Source of the DNA: Deltaproteobacteria bacterium RIFCSPHIGHO2_02_FULL_43_33
Lineage (GTDB): Bacteria; Desulfobacterota; GWC2-55-46; UBA9637
Reading direction: 5' to 3'
NCBI GenBank assembly: GCA_001798165.1
Contig: MGRL01000004.1
Location: 1,922-59,325, forward strand
Length of the DNA stretch: 57,404 nt
Below are positions 37,030 to 46,269 of this stretch, piece by piece (positions within the stretch are counted from its first letter, which is position 1; every line of letters begins with the position of its first letter). Below the pieces are notes generated by a model. The model was not told the origin of the DNA, searched no databases, and saw nothing but the letters and a program-made list of their open reading frames with translations. A program made the position numbers and the translations under genes.

Positions 37030-37325
37030 GTGTAATCTATCTACATAATTTTTACATTATTCTATATTGGAAAAGTATAATTCTTCTATAGGTTGAAGCA
37101 TATAAGTATAGAATAAAAGAAAGAAGGATTGTATCATAGGAGGGTGATTATAAAAGTTGTCAAATTTTTTTATGGGAATTTACAGAAAAAATTGGCTATA
37201 GAAACAATTAGAACACGGTTGAGAATTATATAGGCAAGCTAATCTAAGAGAAAAGTTACGATAACCGGAATTTTCAGATACCCTGCGGATATTGCCGATC
37301 AGATGGCCATTATGGAGGTTTATTA

Positions 37326-40300
37326 GTGAAAATATTTATTAAACAATATGAGTGGATAAAGAACATTTTTATTAAAGCAAATTGTGATGAGATTGGATTG
37401 AAAAAAATAGCTGTGGAACAAAAAACAAGTGTGGACGAAAGAAAACATTGGTTTAAACAAAATGCAACAGTAATTGTATCTTTAATAGCTTATTTTTATA
37501 TTATGTGGGATTTCTTGATTGGGCGAGTATATTTTTCATCCGATTTTTATCATATCCACTTAGTATTTGAGTTTGCCTATAAGGCTTTGGATAAAAGTTT
37601 CTCATTACCTACATGGCTACCCCTTTTCCAAGGAGGGAAAGCAATGTTTGGAGATATGGCGAATAGTTATTCGCCCTTTGGTATTGATTTTATTTTTACC
37701 TATGTGTTTTCAAAGTTGCTGGATTTAGATCGTACTGTCGGGCTTGTGTTGATAGATACATGGCGTATGGTGTTGTTGAATGTTTTCTTTGCCTTTGGTT
37801 GTCGTCAATTCGCGCGCGAATTCTTAAAACTCCGCTTTAGTGTTGATTTTGTATTTTTTATTACTCTATTTGTAGGAGCTTCTTTTTTACCTCACAGGCC
37901 AATCTTTGTAATAGCAAATGTTTTTTCACCATGGATACTTTTATATCTAACCCGTATTGTTATTAATTCCCCTGATAGATGGTTGCATAATTTAGCAGGT
38001 TTAACTCTTGCTGTTGTAGGAAGTGTTTTTCATCAGTTCAATATTCAAACAACCATCGTGTTTCCTTACATAATATTCTATTTTATTGGTTTATTACTGT
38101 TTTTCCCTGGTAAAATTGTCCAGTTTTTTGCAGTATGGAAAAGACGCTTTGCTATAGTTTTCGTTTCTATTGTAATTATAGCAGCTGTATTGCCACTTGT
38201 TAGTGAATATAATTATTTTGATAAGTATAATCGTAAAATACTTTATCCGGGAGAAACAGTTGAAAGTTCAATAAATAATACTGTTTACAATCTTGATGAT
38301 TTTGTCCAAGAACGTTTTGAATTTCAAAAATTATTATCTTTTTTATTTCCTTATCCTGCCACATTGGAACGTGTTACAAATATGACTAATGGTATGCCTG
38401 GAATGGTTATGCATAATTTTCAATATTTTGGGGTTCTCGCGGCTATTCTCATGTTAATTGGCATTATATTTAGTCGAAACTATTGCCGTTATCCAGTACT
38501 TACAGGAATCATACTATATATGTTGTTTGCTACCATAGAGAGATCTCCTTTCTTTTTAACTGCCTGGCATGCACATGTGCCAATGACGCGTCATTTTACA
38601 TTTATACAATTACATCTTGCACCATTATTTGCTGTTCTTGCAGGTTTTGGAATGGATAAAGTCCTTACTGTGATGTCAAAAAGAAAAGTTAATTTTTGGT
38701 TAGGAAGGATTACTTTTGTTTTTGTTTTATTTGGCAGTGCCTATGTATCTTATCAAATGATTCAGGATAGTACGTTTTCTTCAGCCAATCAAGGTTATTT
38801 ATATAGTATCTTTTTTATTCTATTGACAATTATTGGAATTCTTGGAGTGTTTCAGTTTACAAACCCCTATTTGCGGTTTCGTGTTTTATTTTTTATTGCT
38901 TTAATAGATATACTTTCTTTTAACCATATTATAAAAACTTATGTAATCAACTCTGGGCGAGGGAACGGTCCTTGGATTTATACCCAGTCTGTTACTTATG
39001 ATAATGTTCTTCCAGATATATCAGTGCTTAATAATTTTCATGAGTTTTCCCCATTTCCTACAGAGGCATATTCTATGTGGGTAAGGCCCACTTTTTACTT
39101 TCCTGAGATGTATAGATATGCGGTTATAGGAAATAAAAGTTTTTATGATGTGCTGAGGAATACAACAGAGCAAAATAGAAATATGATTTCTGGTTTTACG
39201 CTGCCTCGTGTTTTTGTAGTCGATGCTGCGGTGGAGGATCCAACCGGAGATATTGCAAGAAAATATTTATCGAACGATAACGCTGAGCAGATTATGGGGA
39301 ATGCAATATTTCTTAATGGACAAGTTACAACTGGTAAAGATGCGATAGTAGATGTGAATAATATTTCAGAATTTATTAAACCGCCCAGGGTAGTGGTTGA
39401 AAATGAAACTAATTTTTATGATATTTTGCCGGAGATGGTAAGTTCTAATATAAAATTTGATGATGGAACAGCAGGTAGTATATTTGACAACGATAAGTCT
39501 ACTAATGTAAAGCTAAATAACTCTAATATTCCAAATGAAAGTCGGTGGTGGTTTCAAGTTGACTTTGGTGTTGGAAATGAAAAGATTGTTAATATTGTAA
39601 AAGTGACAGATGGTGTGGGGTCATGTCCAGGGGGAATGCAGTGTCCATGGCAGTTATCTTTTATAGAAGGTAGTTACAATGGTAGAGATTGGAGGCGCGT
39701 AGGCTATCTTACTTTTCATGATAGGCAAATACTTTCTGAAACAACTACTGAATGGCAATTTATAAATGATGAAGGTTTCCGTTATTATAAAATTATTATT
39801 GAAAAAAATGACAAACTTCCAGAGTTATTGCCGCGGATATCATCTATAAGTCTTAGTGGCAAGAGAAGACGATTGGTTAATGGTTTGGTGCATCGTCATA
39901 CAGAAAAAGTGCCACTACTTCGTTTTAAAAATAATGGACTTTCTTCAGATGGGCAGTATTATTTATTCTCTTATTTCTTTCCCCGTCCAGTTGGAGTGGA
40001 TATTTCAACAAATCCTACTCAGGGGTTTGGATTTAACTATAAAATTAAGTGGGATTCAGAAGATAGAGAAACTCAACTGCGTCCAGCATGGGATAACAAT
40101 TGGCATAGTGAAAACCTGTTTCAAATAGGCTATCTTGTAGATGGTCAACTCACAATTAATATACCAAAGGATAAAGTTATAGAGTTTCGTAAAGGTATTT
40201 TAGATATTGCTATTGAAACTCCAGACACCGGAGGGGTAAGGGTGCTGGACTATGGAGCTGATAACCTGCTTGTGACAGTTGAGAGATCAAAATCAGGCTG

Positions 40301-40553
40301 GCTGTACTATTCCGATACTTGGGATAAATATTGGACAGCTACTGTCAATGGTGAAAAAGCATCTATTTATAAGGCTAATCTCCAGTACAAAGCAGTATAT
40401 ATTCCCCCTGGTAAATCAACAGTTCTATTTTTATATAAACCAAAATCTTTCTTAACCTTTATTGTAATTAGTTATATATTGCAGTTCATTATACTTTTAG
40501 TTTGGTTCAAGACATGGCAAAGCAAGCCGCTATCAAAAAAAGGAGAAAATTAA
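37326..40553 (+). CDS. YfhO-like GT-C membrane protein paralogue 2, with an F5/8 type C (discoidin)-like insert
   Basis: GGAGG 7 nt before the GTG start; many TM helices. Insert WWFQVDFGVGNEKIVNIVKV...GRDWRRVGY...FRYYKIIIEK. C-terminal YSDTWDKYWTATVNGEKASIYKANLQYKAVYIPPGKSTVLFLYKP. Confidence 0.65.
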   Translation: MKIFIKQYEWIKNIFIKANCDEIGLKKIAVEQKTSVDERKHWFKQNATVIVSLIAYFYIMWDFLIGRVYFSSDFYHIHLVFEFAYKALDKSFSLPTWLPLFQGGKAMFGDMANSYSPFGIDFIFTYVFSKLLDLDRTVGLVLIDTWRMVLLNVFFAFGCRQFAREFLKLRFSVDFVFFITLFVGASFLPHRPIFVIANVFSPWILLYLTRIVINSPDRWLHNLAGLTLAVVGSVFHQFNIQTTIVFPYIIFYFIGLLLFFPGKIVQFFAVWKRRFAIVFVSIVIIAAVLPLVSEYNYFDKYNRKILYPGETVESSINNTVYNLDDFVQERFEFQKLLSFLFPYPATLERVTNMTNGMPGMVMHNFQYFGVLAAILMLIGIIFSRNYCRYPVLTGIILYMLFATIERSPFFLTAWHAHVPMTRHFTFIQLHLAPLFAVLAGFGMDKVLTVMSKRKVNFWLGRITFVFVLFGSAYVSYQMIQDSTFSSANQGYLYSIFFILLTIIGILGVFQFTNPYLRFRVLFFIALIDILSFNHIIKTYVINSGRGNGPWIYTQSVTYDNVLPDISVLNNFHEFSPFPTEAYSMWVRPTFYFPEMYRYAVIGNKSFYDVLRNTTEQNRNMISGFTLPRVFVVDAAVEDPTGDIARKYLSNDNAEQIMGNAIFLNGQVTTGKDAIVDVNNISEFIKPPRVVVENETNFYDILPEMVSSNIKFDDGTAGSIFDNDKSTNVKLNNSNIPNESRWWFQVDFGVGNEKIVNIVKVTDGVGSCPGGMQCPWQLSFIEGSYNGRDWRRVGYLTFHDRQILSETTTEWQFINDEGFRYYKIIIEKNDKLPELLPRISSISLSGKRRRLVNGLVHRHTEKVPLLRFKNNGLSSDGQYYLFSYFFPRPVGVDISTNPTQGFGFNYKIKWDSEDRETQLRPAWDNNWHSENLFQIGYLVDGQLTINIPKDKVIEFRKGILDIAIETPDTGGVRVLDYGADNLLVTVERSKSGWLYYSDTWDKYWTATVNGEKASIYKANLQYKAVYIPPGKSTVLFLYKPKSFLTFIVISYILQFIILLVWFKTWQSKPLSKKGEN

Positions 40554-40559
40554 GTTCAA

Positions 40560-43421
40560 TTGATATCTCGACGCACCTTTCATCTATTAGTTCATCCGAT
40601 TGTCTTACCTATTTACCCTGCCATATTATTAATATTAATATATCATGAGGTTTTTATTTGCCGTACTGCAATTTTTACGCACGATACAGTCAATTGGTAT
40701 GCGAACTTCAATTATTTTGTGTCAAGCTTAGCTCAGGGTAGTTTGCCACTATGGGATCCGTATGCGTTTAGTGGAGCGCCATTCTATTTAAACGTCAATA
40801 TTGTAGGGGCATTGGACCCTACCGTGTTGCTTGCCGTACCTCTGATACGATTTTGGGATATCTCCATATTAGATATTTATAATATTCATTTTCTTGTTCG
40901 TTTATTTATATTTTATTTAGGATCGTATGCATTATTTTGTTATATCTCTCGTAATTATTGGGCTTCTTTGCTGGGTGCAATATTTACTTTATACACTAGT
41001 GCCCCCAATGCTTTTTGGCAGCATGGTTCAATGATTATGATAACATATGTTCCACTTATCATCCTGTTTTTACTTCAATTTGTGTCACCTGAAACTCCTA
41101 AAAAATCGAAAGGCCTGATTTTTATTGCGCTATGCTACCTTATTGGTATTTCATTCAACATATATTTGCCAAGCTATTTGTTAATGTATTTGAGTTTCAT
41201 TCTTATCTATCTTTTTATAGCGAGGTTTATAGGACTTAAATCTATTCGTGATATCGTTATTTCAGCAGGAGTATGGAAGTTGCTAATAGGAATTCTTGTG
41301 TTTTTTATTGTAGCGGGCCCCTTTATTGTTTCTACCTTTAAAATATTGCCAAGCCTTTCAGAAAATTTCAGTCTTACACGGTTTGATATACCTAATAACA
41401 GTAGTAATTCGGAGATAACAATTCATTCTTATCCGCTGAAATTAAATGAATCTGCTCCTTCCCGTTCTACTATATATAACTTGTTGAGTTTTTTGATACC
41501 TGGTACGGACACGGGATTTTTTGTGGAAAGCAGACCCCCCGGTTATACTGAGAATTTTTTGCCCTTTGCTGTGATTCCAGTAATGATAGTTTTCCTTTTT
41601 TTTAAACGGACGAATTCACATTACAAGGGATTATTTTTATTTGTTTTGATTATTACTGGCTTATATTGGCTTAGTCCAAATTTATTATACAGCCATATCT
41701 TGCGATATTTTCCGGGAGCCAGCACCATAAGACAAATGCATAATTTCTTGGGTTATTTTATTTTATCATTTGGTGCATTGTTAGCAATATGTTTATCAGA
41801 AGCCATAGCAGTAATATCTAATTCCAAGAATAGGCATAAGTTATCACCTATTGTTGTTGCTATATTTACACTGGCTTATATAGTTGCACTGTATGTATAT
41901 TGGCAACATATTAGAAATATGGAAATTGCTGGAACATTAGCAAGTCCAATATATAGATTGGCACTCCAAAATAATATTATTTCCAACGGATGGCAAGTAA
42001 TTATTATCTGCATGTTGATAACATTATATTTCTTTGCATCTTATAATTTTCGGATATACATTGCTATAACGATTGCGGGTATTATTATCTATGACTTGGT
42101 AGATTTTAATAGTAAATTTAAGACGTATACAATTCAGCCAAGCATTAGTATGAGTGAAGATTACATACACCATGATAGAGAATTCAAATATAATGAGATC
42201 CGGGTTCCTTTTGTTCCACGACATACAGTCTTTTGGGGTTATTTGCCATCACTTTATCGGATACCAACAGCCATTCCCGGCTATATGAATACATACATGT
42301 CGCTTACCCGCAGGGCTTATGATTTTATCCGTTTTACGTCCGCTGAAAGAAGTAAGATAGTTAGTGGTGTTGGTTCAAGGCGGTTTGGGTTTTTTGATAA
42401 GTATATCATGGCTAAAAATAGCAGAGATGCGTTAAATTTAGTTGCTGGAATGCCTAAGGAAAGCCTGCACGATGTAATAGTGCTTGAAGAAGACCCTATT
42501 CAAATAGTTTCAAAGCTCAAAGCTGTAGAACGCGTTGATAGAGATTCAAATTCTCCTGCTTTGCAAACGTTATCACAAATTCGTGAAGCTATGTTAAGTG
42601 GTAAAGGTCAGTATCTTGCGGATTTTTATGATAAAAGCGAATATATAAATTATAAAGACTATCCTCGTGCATCTGATGGATTTTTATATATTGCACTTTT
42701 AAGTAATCATCCGGCAAGAGATTGGCCCTGGGATAAAGAGCATATTGGATATTTTCATATTTTATTTGGAAATATTTATATTTCTTATTATTCGTTTATC
42801 CATGGATATCATACTAATCCTTCAATTAGGACTGACTTTAAAGAGGATAAAGTTTGCTATACGGATATTGAAGAATGGCAGATGAAGCATATTATGCCTG
42901 GTTTCTATGAACAGATATATAATAAATATCCTTACCAGTGCGATTTACAGAAAGTTGAAAGAGAATTGATAGTATCACCAGAACTGCAAGGTGCATTTGT
43001 TACAGATGATATAGGAAAACCAGAGAAGGATAATATAATTCCTGGCTTCACCGTTGTGAGTTTGGATCCGGCCAAGGTTTCACCAAGCCGTTCTCCTTAT
43101 GGCCGGGACGAGCCAACGGAAGTAATTGCCTTTGGACCAAACATGATTAGTTTTAAGGTACAAAACAGTAAACCTGGGCTATTTTACTATGCAGATTCCT
43201 ATTCCAGCGATTGGGAGGCAACGGTTTCCGGTTCTCCAGCTTATATTTTTAAAGCAAACTTTAATTATAAGGCGGTATTTGTTCCAGCTGGGAATCATAC
43301 CATAACTTTTTCATTCAACCCCAAGCTATATATTTTACTTTTTAAGATTTTCATTGTGGTTTCAATTTTACTGATGCCGGTTCCGGTTGTTGCTCTTTTA
43401 TTATACGCTAAGAAGAGGTAA
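40560..43421 (+). CDS. YfhO-like GT-C membrane protein paralogue 3
   Basis: THDTVNWYANF...GSLPLWDPYAFSGAPFY and C-terminal YADSYSSDWEATVSGSPAYIFKANFNYKAVFVPAGNHTITFSFNP. TTG start is uncertain. Confidence 0.65.
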   Translation: MISRRTFHLLVHPIVLPIYPAILLILIYHEVFICRTAIFTHDTVNWYANFNYFVSSLAQGSLPLWDPYAFSGAPFYLNVNIVGALDPTVLLAVPLIRFWDISILDIYNIHFLVRLFIFYLGSYALFCYISRNYWASLLGAIFTLYTSAPNAFWQHGSMIMITYVPLIILFLLQFVSPETPKKSKGLIFIALCYLIGISFNIYLPSYLLMYLSFILIYLFIARFIGLKSIRDIVISAGVWKLLIGILVFFIVAGPFIVSTFKILPSLSENFSLTRFDIPNNSSNSEITIHSYPLKLNESAPSRSTIYNLLSFLIPGTDTGFFVESRPPGYTENFLPFAVIPVMIVFLFFKRTNSHYKGLFLFVLIITGLYWLSPNLLYSHILRYFPGASTIRQMHNFLGYFILSFGALLAICLSEAIAVISNSKNRHKLSPIVVAIFTLAYIVALYVYWQHIRNMEIAGTLASPIYRLALQNNIISNGWQVIIICMLITLYFFASYNFRIYIAITIAGIIIYDLVDFNSKFKTYTIQPSISMSEDYIHHDREFKYNEIRVPFVPRHTVFWGYLPSLYRIPTAIPGYMNTYMSLTRRAYDFIRFTSAERSKIVSGVGSRRFGFFDKYIMAKNSRDALNLVAGMPKESLHDVIVLEEDPIQIVSKLKAVERVDRDSNSPALQTLSQIREAMLSGKGQYLADFYDKSEYINYKDYPRASDGFLYIALLSNHPARDWPWDKEHIGYFHILFGNIYISYYSFIHGYHTNPSIRTDFKEDKVCYTDIEEWQMKHIMPGFYEQIYNKYPYQCDLQKVERELIVSPELQGAFVTDDIGKPEKDNIIPGFTVVSLDPAKVSPSRSPYGRDEPTEVIAFGPNMISFKVQNSKPGLFYYADSYSSDWEATVSGSPAYIFKANFNYKAVFVPAGNHTITFSFNPKLYILLFKIFIVVSILLMPVPVVALLLYAKKR

Positions 43422-43431
43422 AGGTTCAAAA

Positions 43432-46269
43432 GTGAGGTCGCAGATTTTTTACCGTATTCTTCGTCATCCCATCGTTCTTCCAATTTATCCAGCCAGTGTA
43501 CTAATACTTTTATACCAGAATGTCTTTATAAAGCAAGAGGCTATCTTTACCCACGATACCATTCATTGGTATGCTAACTTCAACTATTTTATGCTCTGCC
43601 TGACACGCGGAATCCTTCCACTATGGGACCCATATAGTTGGTCTGGAGCGCCTTTCTATCTAAATCACAATGCTGTTGGGACGCTAGACCCAACTGTACT
43701 AACAATGATACCACTGATAAAGTATTGGAATGTTTCTGTATTGGACATTTACCACATACATTTTCTATTACGGTTGCTAGTTTTTTATATAGGTGCCTAT
43801 GCACTTTTTCGGTATATCTCTCGGAATGATTGGGCTGCCTTGATAGGGTCAACAATTGTTTTGTTTGTCATGGCGCCAAACTCGTTTTGGCAGCATGGTT
43901 CTATGCTAATTGTAACTTATGCACCATTGATAATACTTTTTCTGCTCAATCTAATCTCACCAAGCACTTCCTCTAAATCAAAAGGTTTGTTTTTTATAGC
44001 TTCATGTTATTTGTTTGGTCTCTCATTCAATATGTACCTCCCAAGTTATATAATTATCTATTTAAGCTTGATGTTTATTTATCTTTTTGTGAATAGAACA
44101 CTTAATATTTACAAACTTCGTAAAATAACAAGAGTTATAGGAATCTCTAATATACTTGCAGGAATACTTATATTCTTAATTATGGCTGGTCCATTTATTT
44201 ATTCTACGGTTAAGTTAATGTCAAAAGTTGATGAGAACTTTGCCTATGGTAGATATGCCCGTCTTGGAGAACCACCCACATCAGATACACTGATACATAC
44301 TGCGGAATTGTCTTTAACGGAGGATAGTTATAGAGATCGTTCAACATTTCATAATCTTTTAGCGATATTATTTCCTGGTCCAGACATAAGGTTTTTCATA
44401 GAAAGTGCTTTAGCACGTGAAAACTTTCTTTTTTTTGGGTTGATACCAATAATCCTTGTTTTTCTTTTTTTCAAACGCGCTCAATCACCAAATAAGGGAC
44501 TTTTTCTGTTTCTTATTATTGCTATTGGTTTATATATGTTCAGCCCTCCTTCTTGGTATAATAAAATATTGCAATACTATCCGACTGCCAGGACGATTAC
44601 GCAGTTGCATAACTTTTTAGGTTTTTTTATTTTATCATGGGGCGCTTTAATAGCTATTTGCTTTTCTACTGTTCTTGATATGATAACCCATAAAAGCAGA
44701 ACAGAGAGGGTTTCCTTAATCTGGCTTGCGATTTTGGCAATAGCTCAAATATTGGTAATTTTCTTATACTTCAGCTTTGTTCATACCGAACTAATAGAAC
44801 GTTCACTAAGCAATAATTTCTTAATATGGATACAAGAATCTATTGTAGCACATGGATGGTTGTTAATTATTTCATACTTTATAGTTGCGTTATTTTTGTT
44901 ACATAAATCTTCTTTGTTTCGATTTTTTCTTATAGTAGTTATGGTAGGACTTACATTCTATCAATTGGTAGAGTTTAATATTAACCTCCAACGTTATGTC
45001 ATCCAGCCAGGTGAGATTGCACGTACTGGGTATATCCATTATGACAGGGAATTTAGCTATAAACCAATACGTATTCCTTTTGTATCCAGGCATACTACCT
45101 TTTGGGGATTCCTCCCCTCCCTTTACCGTATTCCGGCAGCCATCCCGGCCTATTTTAATGACTATTTTGTTGTAGGTCGCCGAAGCTATGATTTTATTCG
45201 TTTCGTTTCTGCAGAACGACAGAAGATTGTTAGTGGCATCGGGGCAAGACGATTTGGTTTTTTTGATAAGTTTACTGTGGCTAAAGACAGTATCCACGCG
45301 CTATCTCTTATGAGCCGCATGCCTACAGATATGTTGCATGAGACTTTGGTGTTGGAGGATGATATTGCAAAAGTTTTCCCTCAGGCAAGGGCAATTGAGC
45401 GTGTCGATGTTGATACAATACCGATCTCCGCTGATGTAGAGCGTGGTAGTAGTCAATATTTAGCTGATTTCTATGACCGTATGGAAAGAATTGATTACAA
45501 AACTCCAAATACACGTAAGGTGAAAGGTTATTTGGAGATTGACATCCCACAGCAGCATCCTATTTTGGATTGGCCATGGGATATAAAGCATATTGGATAT
45601 TTTCAAATTATGTTTGGCCCTTTTCAATCAGTGTCTTCATACAATCCCATGAGGTACTATCCTAACCCAGGTATTCGTACCAATGTTGGCAGAGACTACA
45701 TTTGTTATATTGACTTTCAGGAATGGTTGGTAAAACACGCTATGCCTGGTTTCTATGAACCGATATACAATAAATATCCTTATCAGTGCGATTTACAAAA
45801 AGTTGACAAAGATTTGATAGTATCACCAGAACTGCAAGGTGCCTTTGTTACAGATGACATAGGAGGACCAGAGAAGGATAATATAATCCCCGGGTTTACC
45901 GTTGTGAGCTTAGATCCGGCCAGGGTTTCACCAAACCGTTCTCCATATGGCCGGGACGAGCCAACGGAAGTGATTGCGTTTGGGCCTAACATGATTAGTT
46001 TTAGGGTACAAAACAGCAAGCCGGGACTGTTTTATTATGCTGATTCATATTCCAAAGATTGGAAGGCAACAGTTTCCGGTTCCCCTACCTATATCTTTAA
46101 AGCAAACTTTAATTATAAGGCGGTATTTGTTCCGGCTGGGAATCATACCATAACTTTTTCATTCAACCCCAAGCTATATATTTTACTTTTTAAGATTTTC
46201 ATTGTGGTTTCAATTTTACTGATGCCTGTTCCGATTGTCGCCCTTTTATATTCTAAGGAAAGAAAATAA
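43432..46269 (+). CDS. YfhO-like GT-C membrane protein paralogue 4 (tandem duplicate of paralogue 3)
   Basis: Collinear with paralogue 3. GTG 43432 is preferred (VRSQIFYRILRHPIVLPIYP parallels MISRRTFHLLVHPIVLPIYP). The ORF opens at 43387. Confidence 0.65.
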   Translation: MRSQIFYRILRHPIVLPIYPASVLILLYQNVFIKQEAIFTHDTIHWYANFNYFMLCLTRGILPLWDPYSWSGAPFYLNHNAVGTLDPTVLTMIPLIKYWNVSVLDIYHIHFLLRLLVFYIGAYALFRYISRNDWAALIGSTIVLFVMAPNSFWQHGSMLIVTYAPLIILFLLNLISPSTSSKSKGLFFIASCYLFGLSFNMYLPSYIIIYLSLMFIYLFVNRTLNIYKLRKITRVIGISNILAGILIFLIMAGPFIYSTVKLMSKVDENFAYGRYARLGEPPTSDTLIHTAELSLTEDSYRDRSTFHNLLAILFPGPDIRFFIESALARENFLFFGLIPIILVFLFFKRAQSPNKGLFLFLIIAIGLYMFSPPSWYNKILQYYPTARTITQLHNFLGFFILSWGALIAICFSTVLDMITHKSRTERVSLIWLAILAIAQILVIFLYFSFVHTELIERSLSNNFLIWIQESIVAHGWLLIISYFIVALFLLHKSSLFRFFLIVVMVGLTFYQLVEFNINLQRYVIQPGEIARTGYIHYDREFSYKPIRIPFVSRHTTFWGFLPSLYRIPAAIPAYFNDYFVVGRRSYDFIRFVSAERQKIVSGIGARRFGFFDKFTVAKDSIHALSLMSRMPTDMLHETLVLEDDIAKVFPQARAIERVDVDTIPISADVERGSSQYLADFYDRMERIDYKTPNTRKVKGYLEIDIPQQHPILDWPWDIKHIGYFQIMFGPFQSVSSYNPMRYYPNPGIRTNVGRDYICYIDFQEWLVKHAMPGFYEPIYNKYPYQCDLQKVDKDLIVSPELQGAFVTDDIGGPEKDNIIPGFTVVSLDPARVSPNRSPYGRDEPTEVIAFGPNMISFRVQNSKPGLFYYADSYSKDWKATVSGSPTYIFKANFNYKAVFVPAGNHTITFSFNPKLYILLFKIFIVVSILLMPVPIVALLYSKERK

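Noticed and set aside
43387-43431. Upstream extension of YfhO paralogue 4, overlapping paralogue 3 by 35 nt
   Set aside because: The N-terminus from GTG 43432 is collinear with the paralogue 3 N-terminus, and the extension lies in the paralogue 3 terminal TM coding region. The shorter gene is preferred, but this is not proven.
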